A stretch of DNA of 62,850 nucleotides, counting the filler, from Nemertoderma westbladi (Eukaryota > Animalia > Xenacoelomorpha): the NCBI GenBank assembly GCA_032718475.1. It is 4 parts of 4 records of this genome, joined end to end, with 100 filler letters (N's around TTAATTAATTAA, not from the genome) between each part and the next. Parts side by side here need not be neighbours in the genome. Positions count along the whole stretch, not along the records: positions 1 to 31,970 come from JAUCBJ010002366.1; 3 more parts are not named here. The stretch is one strand, 5' to 3'. The position numbers were made by a program, and so were the translations under genes. The notes under the pieces are model-generated. The model searched no databases. It was given only the letters and a program-made list of their open reading frames with translations, and was not told the origin of the DNA. Below, in pieces: positions 13,859-23,649 of this stretch (positions within the stretch are counted from its first letter, which is position 1; every line of letters begins with the position of its first letter).

Positions 13859-14133
13859 TATTTAGAGACAGCATAGCATCTCAATGTGCAGCTGCAATGC
13901 AGCAGGCCGATTGTAGTAGTAGAAGAAAATGGTAGCTTGTAATATGTGATCCTTAATATGCGGATTTTTCATCGGTCATTATAATCGGCAGTAAATATCA
14001 TATTGGGCCTCGTAATGTATAGGGACAATGAGAAAGATGGGCAAGGGATGGGCATTCCCTGCAAAAGATCCAGTGGTTTATCACTTTTCTCACCAAACCT
14101 CCACTTATTTACTAACTAACTTATTCTTTACAG

Positions 14134-14295
14134 CAATGGTCGTCTCCTCTCAACTCTGTATTTTGGTGGATATTTGCTCATGTACTAATGATATGGAATC
14201 ACTGTGTCAACTTCATTATTTACATGACATTCAATGCTGATTTTCGCTCTGCTTTCTGTCAGATCTTCACTGCTGTGTACTCTAAATGTAAATAA
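14134..14295 (+). CDS. Class A GPCR terminal exon (TM7, helix 8)
   Basis: ttctttacag acceptor, phase 0: QWSSPLNSVFWWIFAHVLMIWNHCVNFIIYMTFNADFRSAFCQIFTAVYSKCK*. Has an NxxxNFxxY variant of NPxxY and the FR helix-8 motif. Confidence 0.85.
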   Translation, partial: QWSSPLNSVFWWIFAHVLMIWNHCVNFIIYMTFNADFRSAFCQIFTAVYSKCK

Positions 14296-14384
14296 TGTAT
14301 CAATACAAATTATAATCAATACAAGTTTAATTCAAGTTTAATTAATCAATAATTTATATTGAACAATGCTTAAATGTTCTAATT

Positions 14385-14587
14385 AAGTATATATTATGTA
14401 ATAGGACAATATGATAATGCTCTCCATAGCTAAAAATATCAACCGACCCTATCGGGGTTCGAACCCGGTACCTAAGTTTCAATCTTCCGGTTATCTTCAG
14501 CCGGGTGTTTGTCCTAAGACAACTGCTACCAGGACGGACGAAGGACGGATCACCGTCACTCACCCCACAACAATTCATTTATTATTT
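14385..14587 (-). mobile_element. Retrozyme/SINE-like element with tRNA-like promoter boxes and an internal hammerhead
   Basis: Flanked by TTAAATGTTCTAATT (14370-14384) and TTAAATATTCTAATT (14588-14602), a 15-bp TSD with 1 mismatch. Minus strand has an A-box-like TGGTAGCAGTTG and a B box GGTTCGAACCC. Confidence 0.7.
14463..14506 (-). ncRNA. Minimal type I hammerhead ribozyme
   Basis: Minus strand: ACCCGG CTGAAGA T AACC-GGAA-GATT GAAAC TTAG GTA CCGGGT. Perfect 6-bp stem I, intact CUGANGA and GAAA core, short stem II with one mismatch, 2-bp stem III, GUA cleavage triplet. Confidence 0.75.
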
Positions 14588-14689
14588 TTAAATATTCTAA
14601 TTTGTTCAAATTTTTACATGATGATCGAATTAATGATTACTTGAGTTTGGTGTTGTTAAGAAAATTTAATTGATAGTATATTGACCTAA

Positions 14690-15690
14690 GTACGAATGGT
14701 TCGACAACATTTGTGTCTACTGTTGACGGTGACACAGAACCATTTGAAGTGTTATGGGGCGTCCTCCAGGGAGACACACTTGCACCATTCTTGTTCATAA
14801 TTGTTGTTGACTATGTTCTACGCATGTCCTTAGATCATCATAATGATGATGGGGTGATGATAACTCCACCTACTGGCTCCAGAAGTCGAGGAAATCCTGC
14901 CAAGTACCTAACTGATCTAGACTTCGCTGATGACTTAGGAGTACTCTCAGAATCACTAGAGGGAGCCCAACGGCTCCTCAGCTCATTAGAACATGCTGCT
15001 TCTAGTGTTGGTCTTTTTATTAACTCCAGAAAGACCAAAATTTTGACAGTTAACTTTGAAAGTCCTCAGCAAATCTCTGATCGGATAAGCATAAGCTCAA
15101 AAGATGGTATGCTTGAGCATGTGGGTGATTTCTGTTACCTGGGATCATGGATCCGGAAGTCAGGTGAGTACCTTCGAATACGTAAGGGAAAGGCATGGGC
15201 AGCCTTGAATAGGCTTTCCAGGATTTGGAAGTCACCGAGAATTAATCGGAAACTTAAGGTCCGATTATTTAGAGCAGCAGTAGTTCCAGTACTCCTCTAT
15301 GGGAGTCCATGCTGGGCTCTAACTGCTGAGGACACCAAATCTCTGGATGGCACATTCACAAGAATGCTACGCCGGGTTCATTGTGTCAAGTACAATGCAC
15401 ACATCTCCAACCAGACACTATATAACATTGGAGGTGTCTCATTGGTTCCCCCAAGCTTGACACTAGAACAAAATCGCCTCCGCTTTGCAGGACATTGCTT
15501 TCGCCGTGAGGATTAGCCAGTGCATAATCTTGTACTTTGGCAGCCTCATGGAGTGAATAAGTATGGTGGACAGCCCATGACTTTCTTGAGACGCATCTTA
15601 AAGGACACTGGCCTTGAAGATGCGGATGATCTAGCAAATGTCATGGGTGATAGGGAGATGTGGCGGTGCAATTTTGCGCATATTATTCTG
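14690..15690 (+). mobile_element. 5'-truncated RTE-clade LINE (RT C-terminal half), with an in-frame stop at 15516
   Basis: ORF 14713-15516 has GVLQGDTLAPFLF, DLDFADDL, FCYLGS and RLRFAGHC; the same frame continues after the TAG (LVLWQP...DREMWR). Confidence 0.9.
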
Positions 15691-16400
15691 ACTGAGTCTT
15701 ATTTTAACTTATGGTATTTATTCTTGTTTTCATTATCGCTTTTATATGTTCTCTGTTCTTGAATCATAATCATGTTCATGTTATTGTTAATAGTAAATAA
15801 AATATGATTTGTAATGGTTGAATCATTTTGAGATCATTCTTGCATCCAGAGGTCCAACTATATTAATTGTATTGATTTGATATTTCAAATTATTTGTACA
15901 AAAAATTATAGTAGGCCTAACGGTGAAATATATGGTAAAAGCTTCTTTATCCAGTAATTTATATTGAACAAATATATAAAACAATTGCTTAATGTTCTAA
16001 TTAATTAGTTCAATGTTCCATGATCTAACTAATATATTAATTGTGTTTGGTGTAGCTAAAAAAGTTGAATTGATAGTAGATTCGACCGAGTATGAATATT
16101 GAGTTTGCAAATAATATTAATTACAATATTTGATAAAATAATAATAATTTTACGAATTAATTATGCTGCTGAGCTGTGTAAATTACTCAGACTTAGTCTT
16201 ATTTTATCTTATCGTATTTATTTACTTATTTATCTTCTAGTATTTATTCTTGTTTTTATTATAGCCTTTATATGTTATATGTTCACTGTATTTGAATCAT
16301 AATCATTCATTACATTAGTATTAGTAAATATAATATGATTTGGAATGGTTGAATCATTTGGAGATCATTCTTGCGTCCAGAGGTTTAACTATATTAATTG
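15690..16400. repeat. ~530-bp degenerate tandem unit; the first copy is interrupted by insertions
   Basis: 15761/16294 (GAATCATAATCAT) and 15830/16361 (GAGATCATTCTTGC) match. 14353-14384 and 14645-14697 match 15959-16002 and 16046-16097. Confidence 0.65.
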
Positions 16401-16446
16401 CCTTCAACAGAACGTTTCATTGTGGTGGTTCTATTACAACATACAG

Positions 16447-16954
16447 TATGGCGAAGTTGATTATTAATACTGGAGACAACAAGAAATAGCTAATAATACA
16501 CTCTGTTATTAATAGTAATCAAGACAGCACGAGCGAGAAATAAATAGGTGGATTATTTATGGCCATTTATGGATCATCCATAGACGAGCGTTAAGTAATC
16601 CAGAAATTTAATAGAAAAGTATTTTATTCCAAAATTGTAACATTACTCAACGCCGTTAGTATTAACAGCGAGTTGTTATTTAGCACTTTACAACATTTGA
16701 GGACATTACAGCATTGTAGTGGCCTGTACATTTAGTATTGTATTTGGTGTTATTGTTTACGTGGTATCCAATGACGGCGTTAAGTAATGTCCACTACGGG
16801 GACATTACTTAACGCCGTCAATGGTTACCATGTAAACAATAGGTGGAGATTTGCCTGACAGCCAGATAGGTCTACTGAATTACCTACCAGTAGGCGGGTT
16901 ATAGCTATTAATAACCAGTATCTAAATTATTAACATGGCTCCAAACGCCACCAT
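16447..16954. mobile_element. Imperfectly palindromic non-autonomous element with an internal 91-bp hairpin
   Basis: 16751-16841 has 42-bp arms with 3 mismatches. The arm motif GCGTTAAGTAAT recurs at ~16588 and ~16640. Outer boundaries and family (Crypton-like?) are uncertain. Confidence 0.45.
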
Positions 16955-17581
16955 AAATATAAGCTAACTTATTCATAACATAATTTATGTAATTTTTACA
17001 TTTATTTTTACAGCACCTAATTTAATTTGTGCAGTTTCTATCACTTATAATGTATAATATGTACAATCATTTCGTAATGTTAAAATTTTGGAATAAAACT
17101 ACATACATACTTGTTGCAAAGTACTTGCTAAGTACTACAGTGTTCTGTTCCTCGTGGCTTTATTTTCCCTCACTCACTAACGTTCGTTCGTGTAACAAAG
17201 CCACTCGGATCATCACACTGTAAAGTGCTACTTTACACACAAGTATGTAAATAGTTATTATTATAAAAATATCTATCTATATATTAAAATCTTAAATGAT
17301 TAATAACAATAGAATATGCCGATACTGATAAAAAAAGTGATTGGTGAACGTGTGCGACAAGAAACACCTAGAGGTAACCCGAAAGGTCCTCTGTCAATAA
17401 ATCAATCAATCACTTACCTCAAAATGAACATCATATGCTGCAGATTCAACTATATGTTCCATTGTGATATTGACCAATATTATAAGAGGTGAGCCTTTTT
17501 CGTGTGCACCTGCCAATGGCATAAATGCCCTATGTATTGGAACAATGTTCAAAACGATTTCAAATGCCTCATTTCTGGAGC

Positions 17582-18149
17582 CGGTGTATCGAAGCTCCCG
17601 AGCTCTCGAGCATACGAAGAGTCTTGGATTCTCGGGAGCTGGGGCTCGGGCGCCCGAGCGCTCGGGTGCCGTTTTGGCGCGGTCTCGACGCTCCCGAGCG
17701 CTCAGGCACCCAAGCCCGAGCTCACGAGAACCCTGTCTCTAACTATTTGGTATTGTTACAAATATTTTCACTACGTACCATCGATCATCTCAACATTGTA
17801 GGCCCTATTTCTATACTTAGTATATTGTATTATTCGATATGTATTCTTTTAGTTAGGACATTTTATTAATGAAATATAATATTACCGGTAGGATTGTTTA
17901 TGAAATACTGTTTTGCAACAAATTAATTAATTGTATTATTTAGATTATTGTTACTTATAAATAAAAGTGAAATTACATTTATAATAATTAGCACTATGCC
18001 CAGCCTATGCAGTACGAACGTACTTTGATGATTCGGGATGACCCGAGTACCGACTTTCGAAATCCTCTCCAAACCTTAATGCGCCGGAGATCCCGAGTTC
18101 CCGAGCGAAAATCAAGGCCCCGAGCACGCTCGGGAGCTTCGAGACACCG
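17582..18149. mobile_element. MITE with CTCGGG/CCCGAG subterminal repeats
   Basis: TIRs CGGTGTATCGAAGCTCCCGAGC and GCTCGGGAGCTTCGAGACACCG (22 bp, 1 mismatch). A related partial copy starts at ~18243 (CAGTGTCTCGTAGCTCCCGAGC) and runs to ~18480. No clear TSD. Confidence 0.7.
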
Positions 18150-19404
18150 CACCGGCTTTTGGTGTTAACACTCCAGAAGTCATAAAATAGTACATCATAG
18201 CCATTGGCAGTCTATGGGAGTCAGCATTGACATATCTGGAGACAGTGTCTCGTAGCTCCCGAGCGCGCTCATGGCCTCGATTTTCGCTCAGGAACTCGGG
18301 CGCCTGAGGATTTGGAGAGGATCTCGAAAGTCGGGGCTCGGGATCGGGCGCCCGAGCGTTCTCGGGGGGGGGGGGGGGAGGCTTGGGTGCATACGAGGGT
18401 CTCGAAGCTCCCGAGCCCGAGAACACAAGCCTGAGCTCCCGAGAACCCGAGCCTGGAGAGCTTGGGAGGTCTGGACTAACCAAGCGCAGTACAATTAGTT
18501 TAACTTTTTACCAATCCGGTACTTTGCGAACTACATACATTTATTACCGGTACTGGGTCCCTTGGCTTACAATCAGAAAGTGAAAGTGACTTTACTTATT
18601 TTCCCAACACTGAATTTTAAATTCTATTTAAGGGAGTACTAGTTCTGGCTTTCAAATTTTTTTTTCTATTTTATCTAGAGCAGATTTTTATCAAGATTCC
18701 AAATATGAAAACCGTTTAGCCAAATCTGTCTTACTTTTCGAGATATGGCGGACTGCCGTTTTACTGTCTCTCTGTCCAACAGTATGTCTCCAAAACAATA
18801 GAAAACATAATCTGTCTAAAAAATTCCTATATGGGTTTTTTGGTCTGTGACTTCATTTCTGATATCAGTATTCAAATTTGGCCTTGTCTTTTCTGTCTGT
18901 ATGCCTGTCAGTCTGTCCATCAAAATATATCCGACAGCCTGACAGCCAAATAGACAATTTTAAAGTCATCAAATGTTAAATCTGACACTCGAAATTAATT
19001 CTGCGACCAGGAAAACCCCTATAAGTAAACTTTTAGCATGATGGTGTGCCCTTTTCTTATATTTAACGGACAGATTGTTGGATAGTCAGACAGACCAACA
19101 GACAGACTAACTAGATTTCATTAAAAGTAAAATCTGACCTCAGAAATGAAATCTCCCCCCTTAAATTGATTTTAAATTTCTAGAAAATTGTAGTGATATT
19201 CTGGTCCCCCAGAAAGAAAAGTACAAGAAAAAATTTTTTAAACTAAACAATATAACTCTAATCAGTATAATCTAAATCCAAACAAATTCACAGAAGTATA
19301 TTGATCTAATGATCTACTTGTATGGGTGGGTTGGGTATGATATATAGTACAAGGACAATTTAATGTTCATTAATATTGTTCAATATTATTAATTAATAAT
19401 GTTT

Positions 19405-20160
19405 AATCTTTACTATCATCACTCATCTGGCAGTACTTACTGCAAACATGGTTAACTAAAAATTGCGCAATGGCAATTGCTGAATAATTTCCAGCCCAAA
19501 AAACATTTCTTGATCTTTGTCACTTAGATCAGTGGTCCCTATCTCATAGTCATACCATTTATAACCACTGCCCTGGATATCCAGCAACATTATCTTTTGT
19601 TTGGTGTAGGGATAGTAAAAGTGAGCCAACTCCTCGGCCTTTTGAATAACCTCTGCCTTCGAAGGGTCTGGAACTACCTGTCCAATATTCGTTATATATT
19701 TCATAAATTGTCCTTCAACATATTCCTCAATAGCTACAGAATCAACATTGTCTGTATTTGGATTCTTTCTTTCCCCATACCAACAGTTATTGTAAACAAA
19801 ACACTCTTCTTCTCCGTGGTTAGCAATAGTTGCCTTCCGAAATGAATGAGCTATCATCTTAGCCACAGCATGCATCTGAACCTGCTTTTTAGTGTGTTCA
19901 TCTACATCAACTTTAATCTCATTAATATTAAGGATCTCTTTAACCTCTGGTTTGTAATTCTTGACCACAAAATGTTTATCTTCAACGGTTCCTTTTCTAC
20001 AGTTATACTAAGTTATACTTAGGACCCCCAAGTCGAATTCTCTATATCAATTTCCTGTAACTCAATCTCAGCCGTTTCGTATGTGCCCAGGCTCAATTTT
20101 CTGGCCTTCATTAAGCGCGACACAGGAACTGATATTGGATACAACTTCTTAAGACCTGAG
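19405..20160 (-). pseudogene. Alpha-kinase (eEF2K/TRPM7-type kinase domain) pseudogene
   Basis: ORF 19456-19968 has VKNY, KKQVQMHAVA, IEEYVEGQFMKYI, AHFYY and MLLDIQGSGY..YD.EI. After a frameshift it reads GNYSAIAIAQFLVNHVCSKYC (Zn-binding tail). The Gly-rich loop appears deleted. Confidence 0.85.
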
Positions 20161-21613
20161 CCTGAAGTTTGATGCTCAATAGTGTTTGATCCGGGTGAAA
20201 ATCCATGAGGCTGTAATATGGAAGTCGGGTATATGTTGTTATTAGTACCGGTAGGCCTATAGTAGCTACAGTTGACACCCTAATGTGGGCATACTTTTTA
20301 AAAAACTGCAATATATTATATTTTAATTTTAAGAGGCCTTTTTAAGAGGAATGAAACTTTGACATCTAATCTACTCAATAAATCTTTAACAATTTATTTT
20401 ATTTCAGGTTTTTATATATTTTTTTAAAAAATATTTATTTAAAAAGTGCCCACTTTAAGGTAAAAAAACAGTTTTACCCCAAAGTGGACATTTTAACCTT
20501 CTCTTCAACAGACCTTTTAAAATGTAAATTAGGTTGATTTTTGCTCTAAGATACCCCCTATTGTGGGCACCATTGGAAATTTAAAAAAAAACTATACAAA
20601 CAGGGCAAAAAAAATAGCCCAAAACAATGGATTAGGGCAAAATACAAGCACTACAAAATCTGCTAAAAAACTGTAAAATTTGAAGTTTTATTTTTTGGAT
20701 GATAGCGCTTTCATTGAATGCTAAATACAGTTTATATGGATAGAAAATATAAACAAACTAACAAAAACAACAAATACATAACTAGAACATCTAGGAGATA
20801 TTTTGAATAAGCTACGAGGGGTGTAAAATCCACACTATATTATAGGACACCATAGTGAACTACGAAATGGACTAACGCACCAGTAAACAGCACTGATTGA
20901 TTATATTAAGGATTAACACAATGAAGTAAAGTGAAATATAGGTTTTGCATTACAGATTTACCATACAACTGTACACACTACTTACAACTGATAAATACAA
21001 ACATACTGGTAGGTAATATACTGGTACATACATAATTGACTACATAATGGCTAAATTGTTCTCATTAATAAAAAAAAATTGAATAATATATGGTCGACCC
21101 AAACATATATTAATCATTTTTGTATTATTAATTGGCTCCATTCCGCCATAATATATAATGATAACAACACAATGTATTAATTATTGCACTAATGTACTTA
21201 ACTCCTGTACCTACCAGTATACCACTCTACGGCTCTACCTACCACTAGGCAGTTAAACTGATTATAGTAACACAGTTTAGATTGTCGTTACGGTAAGTGA
21301 TTAACATATTGGCTAACTAATCGCAATAATTTTTATTGTCCGTTTAAATCCTTTTTTTGTCCTTTTTTTTATTTTTTATGTCCTCCAAAAATCTAATGTT
21401 AGGTTACATGCTACCGGTTTCTCTACTGCTGTTCTCTCAGGCTATCAGTACCGGTGTTAGTATATATAGCACTATTTTGCTGTATTGTATGTACAGATGT
21501 AGGTATAAAGCAGGCATTTCTGTATTTTAGTACCGGTACCGGCACCGGTACTGCTGTAGGCCTACTGTGTAGCCTACCATTTAAATACGGTACTGGTAGG
21601 CCTACCGGCTGAC

Positions 21614-22230
21614 CGGTTGTTTTGGTTAGAAAATCCCGCCTCATCTGTAACCTGATCCTTTGCCTGATTTGGTAAAGTGACCGTTTATTGTTTTGGTTAG
21701 AAAGGCCCGCCTCTGTAACCTGCTCCTTTCCTTCATTTTGTAAAGTGACTGTGTATTGTTTTGGTTAGAAAATCCCGCCTCTGTAACCTGACCCTTTCCC
21801 TCAATTAATTAAGTGATCGTTTATTGCTTTGGTTAGGAAATCCCGCCTCTGTAACCTGCTCCTTTCTCTCAATTGGTAATGTTATCGTTTATTGTTTTGG
21901 TAGAAAATCCCGTCTCTGTAACCTGCACCTTTCCCTGATTTGGTAAAGTGACTGTTTATTGTTTTGGTTAGAAAATTCCGCATCTCTAACCTGCTCCTTT
22001 CTCTCAATTGGTAATGCTATCGTTTATTGTTTTGGTTAGAAAATCCCGTCTCTGTAACCTGCTTCTTTCCCTCAATTAGTTAAATGATCGTTTATTGTTT
22101 TGGTTAGAAAATCCCGCCTCTGTAACCTGCTCCTTTCCCTGATTTGGTAAAGTGACTGTTTATTGTTTTGGTTAGAAAATCCGGCCTTAACCTCTGCTCC
22201 TTTCCATCAATTGGTAATTGTTTTTGGCTA
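21614..22230. repeat. ~68-bp tandem repeat, about 9 copies
   Basis: Unit TTGTTTTGGTTAGAAAATCCCGCCTCTGTAACCTGCTCCTTTCCC...GTTTA recurring at ~21631, 21701, 21769, 21838, 21904, 21972, 22040, 22108 and 22175. Confidence 0.9.
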
Positions 22231-22700
22231 TAAAATGAGTGTTTTGCTACGTCATGTGGTAATCGATTATCGACAACAACCACAAACTATTAAATTTAGA
22301 GTCATTTACCACAGGCGCATATGGAATTCTATCTCATAGTCTATAAATCATGGAATCATGGAATGTTTTGGCACAGGCATAGTGAAACCAACTGTCCGAC
22401 AGACCAGAAATCAACAAATTTTGAATGTTTTGGCATAGGCATGTTGAAATCAACTGTCTGACAGTCCAGAAATCAGCAGTCTGACAGTTTGAAGAAATAC
22501 ATACATAAAAAGTCATTAAAAGGACAATAAAAGTCACTAAAAGGACAACAAAAGTCATTATGCACAATTCGTAAAAAAAGGAAGACAAAAAAAGTCAAAT
22601 AAAAGGACATAAAAAATCACTGCCCTAACTAATCAGCACAAACAGAAACAATGAATTAAAAGATTAACAGCTTCAATTACTTGTAACCAATTAAATCGTA

Positions 22701-22975
22701 GGTTCCACCTTGGTGTAGTGGTTGCATTGAATTCACATCTCCCGTAGGTCGTGGGTTCGATCCTCACATGGGCCAGGGCAGTTTTCGTTTTGGCACGAAT
22801 GCTTTAAAGGGACCAGCCAGGGCGCATCTCTGCCTTGCATCCTTAAGTGGTAGCTAAATGAGTACTGGAGTTTCCTCTGTGGAGTAAAGTTCTGGGGGGA
22901 CCGCACTGGAAATAAGTCGTCAGACTTTGTGCGTAATCCCTGACCTAGCGGCCGAAGAAAATTTCCTTACTTAAA
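22701..22975 (+). mobile_element. tRNA-derived SINE with a Deu/Nin-like central domain
   Basis: A box TGGTGTAGTGG (22711), B box GGTTCGATCC (22754), then GCCTTGCATCCTTAAGTGGTAGCTAAATGAGTAC, which resembles the conserved Deu/Nin SINE core as recalled. Confidence 0.7.
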
Positions 22976-23068
22976 TAGGTCTACCAGATTAACATAAATA
23001 GAGTATTAACTGCTTGCTTAACACTATTTAGATTGAGTTTTTAAGTGATTTATATTGATTAAAACCAC

Positions 23069-23640
23069 CTAATCTTCAATACTGGTACAAATATCGCAGA
23101 AGTAGTCGTCTACACCAATTTCAAATGTCATTAGAACACAATCCTCACAGACCCAGCGAGAACAATGTTCGCATCCAGCCCATGTGCAGGCAGCACTGTT
23201 ATCCAGACCATTAGTTCCACAGAGATAACAAAAATCATATATATCATCATTGGAATCATTAGAACTGATATATCACAAAAATCATTGGTCTTTTTCTTAA
23301 TACTGCCACGGAACGATTTCTTATGTTGCTTCCTCTTCCTCTTTGTTTCAACCATAGCAGCTTTCTGTGCTCTCTTGATTTGAGCATTCTTCTTCCTCTG
23401 TTCAGCAGCAACCTTCTTATTTTCTATCTCTTGTCTTTGCTCATGAGATTACTTACCACTTCATCAGAAGTTAATACACGGGCTTTCGTCTTCACCCTCA
23501 GGGGACGCTTTCTACCTGGTGGTACATAATGAATAGCCGGGGTAAATATATCAGCATATTCTCTAGGGACGACATTGTAGCGAACCAATGGGTGTGTAAA
23601 AGCTTTTGTGGTATAACTGGTTCGTTTGCTTTGCTGGCCA
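23069..23640 (-). pseudogene. pogo/CENP-B-type transposase C-terminus with a PHD-like finger
   Basis: KARVLTSDE, then a basic coiled coil, then (frameshifted) CYLC...WAGCEHCSRWVCEDC...YFCDIC*. Contains a stop and a frameshift. Confidence 0.7.
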
Positions 23641-23649
23641 GTTCCCCCC

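Larger units (their letters stand above)
20269..23640 (-). mobile_element. 3' arm of a pogo/Tigger-like DNA transposon (inferred extent)
   Basis: TA followed by CAGTTGACACCCTAATGTGGGCA at 20269, repeated GTGGGCA/GTGCCCAC subterminal motifs to ~20575, and a transposase-like C-terminus at 23069-23640. Confidence 0.45.

Noticed and set aside
22701-22775. Functional tRNA gene
   Set aside because: A and B boxes are present but there is no proper cloverleaf, and the sequence continues into a SINE body. 58739-58791 likewise lacks a T arm.
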